DNA of 64,000 nt from a virus (Duplodnaviria; Caudoviricetes). The notes beneath the pieces are model-generated. The model made no database searches and was not told the DNA's origin. It saw only the letters and a program-made list of their open reading frames with translations. The position numbers and the translations under genes were made by a program. Each line of letters opens with the position of its first letter. Position 1 is the stretch's first letter. The stretch lies in IMG/VR virus record IMGVR_UViG_3300031519_004326, positions 8,380 to 72,379 of that record; one strand, given 5' to 3'. Shown here one piece after another: positions 8,582 through 20,300 of the stretch.

Positions 8582-9718
8582 ATGAATGATTTGAAGTTTA
8601 CAACTTGCGGCGACTATGTTAACGACCAACAAACTATACAACGTATAGGTTTTGCTTGTAAATATATGCACCCAGATCAAACACAGAAGAAAAAGATACT
8701 TGAAGAGATTCAGCGGCCGCTAAATACTCGTAGTACAACAGTACAGTGGCTTAACCGTCAGACTCGCGAAGTTGCAGAGCAACGACTGTGGGATATTATG
8801 GTACACAATATACAAGCGTACTATAACTTGATTGAATATGTAGGGAGTTTACCTAATGAATTACGAATGGTTCGTCTTGGCAGTGACGTACTTCCTGTAT
8901 ATACTCAGCGTGACTGGGCTTATTATTGGCAGCAGGCTGATGTTATTGCGTATGCGGAAACACACTTCGCAAAAGTCGGTGAGCTTGCAAGAACCCTCGA
9001 TGTCCGACTATCGATGCACCCAGGCCAATTTACTGTACTTGCGAGCGACAACGCCGACATTGTAGATAGGAGCATAGAAGAATTTGAATATCACACCGAT
9101 GTCATCCGCTATATGGGTTACGGCAGACAGTTCCAAGACTTTAAGTGCAACGTACATATATCAGGCCGCAATGGTCCAGCAGGTATCAAAGCCTCCCTCA
9201 AGCGGTTATCGCAAGAAGCGCGAAACGTTATCACAATCGAGAATGACGAAAACAAATGGGGCATCGCAGACAGCCTTGAACTTGCAGACGACCTCGCACT
9301 TGTCCTCGACGTACACCATCACTGGTGCAGAGAAGGTGAATACATACTACCCACCGACGATAGATTTAAACGCATAGTTGATAGCTGGCGTGGTGTTCGT
9401 CCTGCAATGCATTATAGCTACAGCAGAGACACAGCATTACCAGAAGGCTTTGCACACGACAGTATGCTACACTTTCCAGACTTGCTAGAAGCAGGACACA
9501 AGAAAGGCAAACTACGGGCGCACAGTGATTGGTATCCTAACGCACAAGTAAATGATTGGGCACTGAGCTTCTTGCCTTACACCGATATTATGTGTGAGAG
9601 CAAGTGTAAGAACTTAGCAAGTATAGAACTGTATAAATATTATAAAGGAAACGAATATGAATTACCTAGCGAAAATGTACGGACGCAGCAAGCCGACACC
9701 AGAGAGCTCGTCCTCTGA
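8582..9718 (+). CDS. uvsE: UV-damage endonuclease (UvsE/UVDE)
   Basis: IGFACKY, RLGSD, RLSMHPGQF, HISG, IENDE, LDVHHH, HYS, AHSD, DIMCESKCK. Confidence 0.93.
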   Translation: MNDLKFTTCGDYVNDQQTIQRIGFACKYMHPDQTQKKKILEEIQRPLNTRSTTVQWLNRQTREVAEQRLWDIMVHNIQAYYNLIEYVGSLPNELRMVRLGSDVLPVYTQRDWAYYWQQADVIAYAETHFAKVGELARTLDVRLSMHPGQFTVLASDNADIVDRSIEEFEYHTDVIRYMGYGRQFQDFKCNVHISGRNGPAGIKASLKRLSQEARNVITIENDENKWGIADSLELADDLALVLDVHHHWCREGEYILPTDDRFKRIVDSWRGVRPAMHYSYSRDTALPEGFAHDSMLHFPDLLEAGHKKGKLRAHSDWYPNAQVNDWALSFLPYTDIMCESKCKNLASIELYKYYKGNEYELPSENVRTQQADTRELVL

Positions 9719-9944
9719 TAAGAATCCAAATCGTGTTAGTGGTGGCTTAAAAGCACAAGGTGGTGATCACTTTACTATGATTGCTGAGAATGGCTTAGAG
9801 CAGCAGATACCTACACAACGCTATGTGCAGAGTTTAGAAGAGCAGTCAAGAAAACAACGAGCTGCTATCACTGTATTAGAGCGTAAGCTGACTCGTGTTG
9901 AAGCTGCTCTTGAACAAATGAAGGGTGTTATTTCGCGCTCTTAA
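9657..9944 (+). CDS. hypothetical coiled-coil protein
   Basis: 95 aa ORF with C-terminal heptads; RBS-like GGAAA upstream. Confidence 0.7.
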   Translation: MNYLAKMYGRSKPTPESSSSDKNPNRVSGGLKAQGGDHFTMIAENGLEQQIPTQRYVQSLEEQSRKQRAAITVLERKLTRVEAALEQMKGVISRS

Positions 9945-10191
9945 CTTTACTTAAAATGTCAGCTTTACTCATACTGGCATTTGCTTTTACACCACGGTGT
10001 TTTGCTTCTGCTAATAACTGAGTTTTAGTTAATTTATCAAAGTCGCAAGCCTTGCTTGAAGACTTTTTACTCTTTGGGGTCTTAGGTGCATATCCTACAC
10101 CATTTTTCGTAATTGTTTTTTCAATTACTTTAGCTTCATCCTGTGCTACTTTTACACTAGGTGTAAATAGTTTTGCTATCCATTTAAACAT
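9928..10191 (-). CDS. small basic protein with C-terminal Rho-N/HeH-like helical domain
   Basis: FDKLTKTQLLAEAKHRGVKANASMSKADILSKV; likely start MFKWIAKLF; GTAAATA upstream on minus strand. Confidence 0.6.
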   Translation of the reverse strand: MFKWIAKLFTPSVKVAQDEAKVIEKTITKNGVGYAPKTPKSKKSSSKACDFDKLTKTQLLAEAKHRGVKANASMSKADILSKVKSAK

Positions 10192-10248
10192 AATTATTCT
10201 CCTGTTGGAATAATTATTTACTAAATACATATAACGTAGGAGACAGAT

Positions 10249-10437
10249 ATGGCTAGAAACAACAGTTCAAGTTATTCAGGAAAACTAGTACTTGATAAAA
10301 TTACAGGTATTCGGTCTGATAGACTAAAAATTGCTACACCAATACAAGAGTTAGTTAAACCTGATACATCATTCAAAGCGGCACCAATCGCAAGAAAGAC
10401 TGTTGCTAATGTTACCAGCGACGGTCTTAAAAGATAA
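10249..10437 (+). CDS. hypothetical protein
   Basis: AGGAGA RBS and CTAAATA motif upstream. Confidence 0.65.
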   Translation: MARNNSSSYSGKLVLDKITGIRSDRLKIATPIQELVKPDTSFKAAPIARKTVANVTSDGLKR

Positions 10438-10449
10438 CGGAGATATACT

Positions 10450-10614
10450 ATGAAAAATTGGATTAAAGATAGAATAGAAGAACGTACATCTTGGAACGGA
10501 GCAGCATTAATTGCTGTTGGCGTTGTTGTACTAATTGCAGGACCATTTGCTAAACTGGCGGCATATGCAGCTATTGCATACGGTGCTTGGGCAATTTATA
10601 GTAAAGAAGACTAA
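10450..10614 (+). CDS. unannotated 54-aa membrane protein
   Basis: GGAGA RBS; MKNWIKDRIEERTSWNGAALIAVGVVVLIAGPFAKLAAYAAIAYGAWAIYSKED. Confidence 0.7.
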   Translation: MKNWIKDRIEERTSWNGAALIAVGVVVLIAGPFAKLAAYAAIAYGAWAIYSKED

Positions 10615-10898
10615 AGTTTACCAATAGGCGTAGTACTAGAAGCACTCATATTCCAAACTTGCTTCCTTTCTACGCCTTTCTTTTGAGCAAAAACCTTACT
10701 ATCACAGTTCTTACATACGTGAAAGTAGTTATTGCTTAGGCGTTTAGGATCCATACTACCTCTAGCACGTTCAAACTCAGCATCACAATTATCACACCTA
10801 AACACACAAATAGTCGATTCGCGCTTATAGGTATGTTCCTTGCCGGTCTTACTAGGCCGTACGTGTGTCTTCTTTAATGTGTAATCTCTTATGAACAT
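10611..10898 (-). CDS. zinc-ribbon protein
   Basis: CDNC...CKNC; start MFIRDY just after minus-strand GTAAATA (10904-10910). Confidence 0.7.
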   Translation of the reverse strand: MFIRDYTLKKTHVRPSKTGKEHTYKRESTICVFRCDNCDAEFERARGSMDPKRLSNNYFHVCKNCDSKVFAQKKGVERKQVWNMSASSTTPIGKL

Positions 10899-10960
10899 AT
10901 AAGTATTTACATAAAGATTATAGAATAAAGAAATAAATACATACAACAAAAGGACAATCA

Positions 10961-11341
10961 ATGAGCATTTGTACACTAACTGACACAGCAAAACAGCAAA
11001 TTACTACAATTTGTAACGAAAATGAAGTTTATGCAGTAACGCTAAACTTAAAAGGTGGCGGATGCGCTGGGTTTGAGTACGATTGGTCAACATACAAAAC
11101 TGCCGATGAGTTACTTGATGATGATACAATAATTTACGGCGTTGACGGCGCTACGTTTGTTGTAGGCGCTATGAGTTTAATGTACTTATTTGGAACTGAA
11201 ATAGATTATGTAAAGTCGATAATTGGATCGTCTTTTGAAATTAGAAACCCTAATGCACAATCCGCTTGCGGTTGTGGTGTTAGTGTAAATTTTAACTTGG
11301 AAAAAGTTGAAGAGAACGCAATGATAACGGAGCTCACATAA
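10961..11341 (+). CDS. iscA: A-type Fe-S carrier (IscA/HesB family), copy 1
   Basis: GGGCAGFEY, IDY, NPNAQSACGCG: three conserved Cys. Confidence 0.9.
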   Translation: MSICTLTDTAKQQITTICNENEVYAVTLNLKGGGCAGFEYDWSTYKTADELLDDDTIIYGVDGATFVVGAMSLMYLFGTEIDYVKSIIGSSFEIRNPNAQSACGCGVSVNFNLEKVEENAMITELT

Positions 11342-11342
11342 A

Positions 11343-14300
11343 ATGGCTAAGAAAGAAATTAACATCGGTGTTGAAGGAAACGACGGAACAGGCGATAGTA
11401 TACGCGAGTCGTTTCGTAAAACGAATGAAAACTTTAACGAACTTTATGCTGTAATTGGCGAAGGTGGACAAATTGGCCTTACTGATTTAAGTGGAGTAGC
11501 AATTGACAGTTTTGAAAACTTTCCAAGTACAGATTCAGCTCCGGTACTAGCAGGTATTAATAACGATACACAAGGTAGTCAATTAGAATTTTTTAGACTT
11601 GTTAGTGATAATTTTGTTGATCCGGCAATTGATGATAGTATTGCATTTGATGTGTCAAGAACTGATACTGACGGACGTCCTGTTATTGTTGTTAAATCTG
11701 TAAAAAGTTCTGTTTCAAGTGATCCTAATCCAACACTAGCAGGTAACTTAAACTTATCTGGCAAAATTGCATACAACACTGCAAGTTCTGCACTATGGAA
11801 ACAACTAGCTGAAGATGACGGATTTACTGAAGATGACGTTCTTATTGATAAAGCATTTGCTGATGCAACTTATCTAAAATCAACAGGTTCGGGAACAGGT
11901 TCGCAACTACGAGTACGCACAGAAGGCGATGTTAACATCGAAGATTATGCATACACTATTGCTAGTTACGATGCTAGTGGTAGGATAGTTATTAACGATA
12001 GATACCAAAGCGGCGTTCTTATTGTTGGTGACGGACACGGTCTTGATACAGCAGCAAACGGAGCTCCGTTTGCATATTCTACTACCGGCACTAGTGCTGT
12101 AGATACTAGTATATCTCCGAGTAGAACACTTAATGATATTACAGAATTTCCAGAAAGTAAGTTCTTTATAAGAGTTGTCGATAGTACAACACTAAGTTTA
12201 CACATAACAGAAGCTGATGCAAAAGCAGGTGCTAATGTACTTAATGCAGCTGGCGGCAGTGGCGTACAGGCATTAACAGATTTTTTCTATCAACCAGACG
12301 ACTTATCAGGTAAGTTTTTAGCTAATGAAGCTATTCCAAGACAAAGTGCTGTTCGTAGACAAGGCGATCAAATGGACGGCGCTTTATATCTAAAAGATCA
12401 TCCAGGTGAACTTGCTGGTGTAGGCACTCCAAACGGCTTAGAAGATTTACAAGCAGCTACAAAATTTTATGTAGACAACACTAGTTTTGCTTCTAACATT
12501 AATATATTTGTAAGTACTTCAGGTGACGATACACAGGCAAGTACACCGGCAGGAAAAGAAGGTAGATCACTTGCATATGCATATAAGTCAGTTAATGCTG
12601 CGGCAAGAAAAGCTGAAGAAATTGTTATTGCAAGCAGAGTTGAGCCTGGCCCGTATATGCAGACAATTAAGTACGGTGTAAACGATGCTAGTCTTGTACC
12701 TGCAAAAGTTTACAGCGCAGTGTTCGATGCTGCACTTAAAGCCGACTATGGCGCACAGACTGAAAAGTTTAATCTTCTTATTAATCAAAACTTAGACTTT
12801 GTTGTAGCAGAAACTATTGATTGGGTAACAGCTCAAATTACAGCAGCGAACGCTGATATAACACTTACTCCAGATGATGACGAATATATTTGGAAAAACT
12901 TTGCATACAATGAAGAAACGTGTGCAAGAGATTTAAGATTAATTATTGGTGCTGTAAGACTTGATACATTGTCAGGATTAACTGCAAACAAGCTATCAAG
13001 AAATGCAGGTATTAGATACTATAGTAATTCAAGTGGCAGACTAGCAGTAACAGCACAGTTACCGCAAACAGTTGCTACAATTAATAAAGCAAAAGAATTA
13101 GTTACTAGTTATGTTTTAACAAATGATGCTTATCCTAATCCATTAAACTCTGACTTCAGTCAATATTTTGATGTTGGATTGGTTGATGCACCTAGTGCAG
13201 CAGTTGACAGATTTGAATCGTTGGTCGGTAACATTGTTAGTATTATGACAAACGGATTGCCAGCATATGATGCAATTGACTTGAACGAAGGTGCTCCGTA
13301 TGTTATCAAAATTACCAATGGCGGTAATGATAGTGTATGGCAAGGTAAAGCATCTAATACAGATTTAATTCCAGGTAAGGTTATTACAGGATCACGTAGT
13401 GGTGCAATTGGACGTATTGTATCGTATGATAGAGATCAAAACGATGGTACTAATACAGATGTTATAGAACTTATTTTAGAAGAACCAATTGAATTCTTAA
13501 TAGACAATGCCGGTAGAGATATTCAAAACACCGAAGTTGCAAATGCACTTGGTGATGTATTAGAATATGGTAATAGAGTTAGTGAAAAACAAATTGCAAT
13601 AAAAATTGAGTCAGGTATCTATTACGAAGACTATCCAATTAAAGTTTCATCACAAGTATCAATTGTTGGTGACGAAATGAGACGTAGTATTATACGTCCA
13701 AAAAATCGTGTATCGCAATCAAAATGGGCAGACACTTATTTCTATCGTGACAAGTATTTTGATGGATTAACACTACACAATAACACAGTAACATATGAAA
13801 ACGAAGCAACACTTTCACTTGCTGGCGGAGTACTAAATGCATATATAGGTGATATATTAACACAAGCAAATAGTTTCTCATATAACGAAGCTAAATGTCG
13901 TCGAGATCTTGATTACATCTTAACACAAGCCGGATTTGATATTACTCTTGGAACAAACTATAATGCAGTAACACAAGGTCTTGCATATCAAAGAGCAAGT
14001 GGTGCAGTTGTACAAGCAAGTCAGCTTTCACAAGAATTAGCAGCAGTTGGATTTGCAGGAAATTTAGTTGCACAACTTACTGAAGTAGCTGATAACTCTA
14101 CTACATTATCACGTTCATCAGCATACTTTGCCGAAGTACTTGATATTATTGAAAACGGTACAGTAGACACTGAAAATTCTGCAAATAGTTTAATATTCCC
14201 AGATGATGCAAGTTTTGATAGCAACTTAGTTGCTGCAAGAGATAAGCTACAAGCAAACAGAGCATTCTTAAAAGCAGAAGTAATTGCTCACATAACAAAT

Positions 14301-17300
14301 AATACTAGTCCTCCAGCAGGTTGGGATACTAGTTTACTTAATTTACACGTTGGCTTTTGGACAGATGCATTAACATATGATGTTTTATACGGTGGTAATG
14401 ACGCCAGTACAACACAAGCAAGATTGTACTTCACAGGTGGTGCACCAACAGGCGGAACAATAAATCTTAGTGCTGCACAACAAACTGTAGTTGTCGGAGC
14501 TGTTAATCACTTACAAAGCATTATTAGTAATATAGTTACTGGTGTTGCAATTACTAAGGCAACAGGAAACTCAGCAAGTCAAATTACATCAGGCTCAAAT
14601 GCATCAGCATCACAGGGTTCTACTATAAATGCTAATCTTGCAATTATAAAAACTGCTGTATCAGGACAAAGTGATAGTACTTTAGGTACACCTACACTAC
14701 CAAGTGTAACCTTTGCAGCACAATCTCTAAGAGATGCCAAAGGTGATATCGAAGCAAATCTACTATCAGGTGATGCTGCGGTTAATATTGTCGACAGAAC
14801 AATAGAATTTATTGATAGCAACTCTGGTATTAGAGCAACAGTATTAGAAAATGTTACAAATGCAACGTCAGTTGCTATTAGATACAGCGATGGATACAAT
14901 CCAGCAGGTGCTGATGTTAGTGCAAGTTCGCAGTTTAACTTCAACGACGATGTTGTATTAAATGGCGTTACGCAAACATCATTAAAAGTAACAAGTCAAG
15001 ATACGACTAGAACAATTGATTTTGATATGGGCTGGCATTATGCTTCAGACTCTACAAAACCTATTAACACTTCTTCAGCAACTAGTATTAATAACATAGG
15101 TCTTAGAGATCAAGCTGCTGAATTAATGCGTCAAAATAAAATTAATATTCAAGACGAAGTATATTCTTGGATGGACGAACAAGCCACAGCAGCTCAAGCA
15201 ACTGGATTTGGCACGTGGGCTCAGGTTACTTTAGAATTAGCTGGTACTGTTGCTGTTGTCAAAGGCGAAACAATAACACAAACAACTACAGGAGCGAGTG
15301 GTGTTGTTAAAGAAGCACCAATTAATGCTGGTGGTCAAACAACTGTTATACTAGTATCACCGTCATCAGCCTTTAGTCTTGCTAATGCAATGACAGGGTC
15401 TGTAAGTGGTACATTAGGAGTTGGTAGTGTTCCGGTTTCTGCAACAGTTGGTAAATTTACCTTTACTACTAAGTGTTATAGAGACATTGGTTACATTGTA
15501 GATGCTCTTGCAAATGACTTACTTAAAGGACGTAATGAAGATTCAATGGAAGTACAGGGATTGTACTACGAAGGTGCTGTTGAAACTGGACAAGAAGAAA
15601 TTACAACACAAGCAATTAGTCATATTAAATCTATTGCTGAATCACTATTAAATATTGCTGCGCCGCAAGCACCAGCAGGATCTACACTGACTTGGAAGCT
15701 AGGCTATCCGGCGGCAGAAGCAGGAGCAAGTGGTGTTGTAACTAACTTAATTGATACTATTGTATATGCATTTAATCCTGAATACAACGCTCCTAAAAAT
15801 AACAGAGAAATGGATGTGTTCTTAATGAATGATGCTACAATTATACGTAATTGTACAGTTCAAGGACACGGCGGATTTATGACAGTACTTGATCCGAATG
15901 GACAAATTCTTACTAAATCACCGTACATTCAAACTGGTTCAAGTTTTGCACAATCAGCTAACAAGCAAGCATTTAGAGGTGGTATGTTTGTTGACGGATT
16001 TAACGGCAATATGCCACTCGAAATTGTTGAAGTAAAGAACGGTGATCCGTTTAGATTGTATGCAAGAAGTAAAAGATCGCAAGTACAAGTTAATGGCGTC
16101 GGAGTAGGACACGGATTATTTACAAGACGTCCGGAATTACCAGCACCGTTTTATGTTAACGGCGTTAGATATCAAGTTAATGCTATTAGTGCTTACAACA
16201 GTACACTAGGAACTTGTGAACTTATCCTAGATAAAAACTCAGGAACAAAAGACGGTAACGAAAATGGTGAAGGTTGGTTAGGACCAGTAACTAATTATAC
16301 ACTAGTAGGTGGTGTTAGAACTCCAGTATATGGCCCAGCAACAAATTATCCAACAATACTACAAACTGCTGGTAACAGATCGCAGCTAGGAAATGACTTT
16401 ACACAAATTAACGACCTAGGCTATGGTTTACTTGTTACTAACACAGGTTTATCAGAGATGGTTGGTATGTTCACATACTACTGTCACGCTGCATATTATG
16501 CAAACAATGGTTCTGAAATTAGATCCGTAGGTGGTTCAAATGCTTATGGTAACTTTGGACTTGTTGCAGCAGGCAGTGATCCTAACGAAGTTGCACAAAC
16601 TGGTACACTAGCATACAATACTGCACAAACAGCAAAGGTATACAGAAATGACGGCGGGCAGTTTTATGCAGAAGCAGAACAAAATTATGTATATGTTTAC
16701 GATACAGACTTTACACCATTACCTGAAGGTGAAATTGATATCACCTTTACTAATAGAAAAGCATTAATATCGTTTACTGGTACGAACACTGTTAATCTTA
16801 CAGGACACGGTTATAAAACTGGTCAAAAGATTACTATTTCAGACACTGCTGGTGTTACTGGGTTAAATGACGATCACTATATTACAGCAGTTGATGCAAA
16901 CTCCTTTACATTGTTCAGTGATGCTGCACTAAGTTCAGCAAGAAGTTTCACAGGAAGCCTTTCAACACTTGGTACTGCGTACCCAGCAGACGAAGAAGGC
17001 ACTGATATAAGAAAATTTGAAGTTGTAAATGTTATTCCAGCAGTTATTGAAGATGGTATTCCGGCTGTTAATCAACAAGAATTTACTCTATCAAGTGGAA
17101 TTACTGCATACTATGGAGATACTGTAACTCAACAAACTTCCGGAGCAGTTGGTACAGTTGTTAGACCACAACGTACAGCAGATGTTGATGGAAATGTTGT
17201 TGGCGGTACAACATTGTTTGTTACACAGCCAGACGGCGCAACAGCATTTAATACTACTAATGCAATTAAAGTTACAGATGTGTACGAAGGTACTGACTCT

Positions 17301-20300
17301 ACAGAATTTACAGATGCTGTAACTATATCTACAATTGATAGTACAGCTGATACTAGTGGCTTGCCTCTAAAAGGCGGCAATGGTGCTGTTTGGAAACTTA
17401 CATTCTCAAACCAAACTACTGATAATACTAGTGCAACAGGCGGATTACTTTATAAACTATACGGTGGTGAACGTGTTGTAGTTAGACAACGTGCTAAACT
17501 AACACTTGAAAATATTGAGTCTGTACCAATTCGTCCATCAACTGCGGTTGTGTTTGCTGAATCTTCAAAAGTTTATAGATCATTAAACTTTGACAGAGCA
17601 ACTATTAGTAACTGGAACAGTACAGCAGATGCAGAAATGCCAGCAGGATTTAATACACTAACGTTTGATAACAATTATCAATATATCCTTAGTACAGTAA
17701 GTTATGACAGATACTCTGCTAATGTACTATTAGAACTAGGTGCTGCTGTTAGTGTTACTAAGGGTGACATTATTACCCAAGGTAGTGCAAGCGGCGTTGC
17801 TACAGAAACTGTTGTAGGAACTACTACAATATATGTAGGTGGTTGGAACGGAACATCATATACAGCAGTATCGGGTGGTGACATAAGCATTGCTGGAGTT
17901 GCAGCAGCTGGATCACAACCAAGTGCAGTAACAGAATTTAGTGCATCTAGCACGTTTGGTAGCACAGCAGGTGATACACTTATTGCAATAACATCTCCAA
18001 TTACTGATCCAGACGGTTTAAACAGATTAAAAAATGCTGATATGATCTTTGGTTGGAAAGACAGAGTACACGTAATAAAAGCATATCACGATGGTGCAGG
18101 AACTGCTACAGGAGCGCCAGCAGGTAGTTCACTAGTAACAGGATTTGCATATTTAGAAATTGACTCAACTCCGTTAGTAAATAAAAATACACAATCAAGT
18201 CCAACACCTCCAGGAACAGGTATTGCTCGTCCTCTACGCTTAGGTGGTGAGATTGGTCAAGTAGTATTAAGTATTGGTACACAGAGTGGTGAGTCTGCAG
18301 AAATTACTGTTAATATTTCACTTAACAGAGCAACAGGACACGACTTTAGTAACATTGGTACTGGTGGATTTAACACAAGTAACTATCCAAACATTATCTT
18401 TGGACAGCCTGCAGAATCAAAAGCCGAAGCATACACCAACGAAGACATTGCTGAAAAATCTCAAGTTTGGGAAAAAGGCAAAGGGCGTGTGTTTGTTATG
18501 TCAACAGACGAAGACGGATTCTTTAGAGTTGGTAAGTTCTTTGAAGTTGACCAAGGTACTGGTACAGTTAAGTTTGCAGCGCAAATTAATATCTCAGGAC
18601 TAGACGGACTTGGATTTAGAGATGGTGAAACAATTAATAAATTCACTGGCGATAGCGGTATGTCACCAATTGATAATAGTACTGTTCCAACATCATATGC
18701 TGTTGAACAATACCTAGACAGGCGTTTAGGTTTTGATAGAAATATGAATGCTAAGACAGCAATATTAGGTGACGGTTTCCTACCACAAAAGAATCCACTA
18801 CTTACACAAACACTTGATGTAAATGGCAATCCTGATCATACTCTTAATATGGTTAGTGGTCGAGTTGTTCAATTAGGCGATCCAGTTCAAGACTTAGATG
18901 CTGCTAACAAACAGTATGTTGATAAGCGTGTTTTTGCTAACGATGAAATTCAAGAACTTAGAGATATCGAACTTAACAATACTAGCTTTGAAAACGAGTA
19001 TGGTAAAAACGATATGATAGTTCTTACTGGTAACAAGCGTGTTTATGTTAAACAAACAACTGGTAACCCAGATGATTGGAGAGTTGGTAATTTAGTTACA
19101 GGTGTTGCAACAGACACCGCAGCATATATTGAAGACTTAGAAGCCAAGACACTTGATAATGGGGAAGAAATTTGGATACTATCTTACAAACCATTACAAA
19201 TTACAAGTGTAACAACTAGTGGTAATAACGGCAATCTTGATGCACAAAGAGGCTATAAACTTGTACAGTTGAATAGTGGTGCAACTGGTGAGATATTATG
19301 GTCACAGGGCCAAAGTAGTACCAACGAATCAAGATCCAAAACACAAGGTAACCAGTTTAAATTAATTAATGTTACTGGCACATTTACTACAAATACAGCT
19401 GATACACTTTCTGTTTTAAACTTAGTAAATGCTGATGCAACTGAGACAGCTAGTATATATCCATTAGCTGTTACAGTTCAAGGGTTGCAAGATTTTGACA
19501 ACGAGAAAATTGAAGACACTAATGGTGCATATGGTGATACTACAGGCGGCTTTGACGGTGCTCCAGTTACTACAACATTAGAATTTGGTAACGCAAGTGA
19601 AGCAAATAGTACAGCTGATGACGGAGCTCCAGGTACTGCAACAAGAAGTGATATTAACATTGAAGTTGAAAGAGTACGAGCAACACAAAATAATACTACT
19701 GGTGACATTACTGATCCAGGAAGTGTTAAAGTTAATCTACAATTGCAGGATGAGGCAATTGTAAATACTGATGTTAATAACTCAGCAGATATTGCGCAAA
19801 GCAAATTGTTAATGAATAACGCTCCAGTACTTGCAAACTCAGACTCACTAGACGATGGAAGTACATCAGGACAACGTACAAAACAAGCAAATCAAGGTTT
19901 AGCAGCATTTGACTCAAGTGCGTTTGCTGAAGATCAAGTATGGACTTTAATTGGTACTGATGCGCAAGCATTTGTATCAGCATTATCAGTTGATGACATT
20001 ATTACACAGAACAGTGGTACTAAAGTTGCATATGTAGATGCGATTATTAACAGTTCTAATCCATATCAAATTAGAGTAAGAACTGCAAGTAGTTTTGTAA
20101 TTGGTAACGCAGGTGTAAATAGACTTACAAGAATTACTGTAAACGAAGGCGATTATACTAAAAATGCAGCAGCACAGAGCTTAACAACAGTTAGTGCAGT
20201 TTTAAATACTGGCTTTATTAATATTAAAGACAGAGGTATTACTTTTGATAAGATACAAGATTTACCAGAAAAAACTGTAATTGGTCGTGCAGACATTGAC

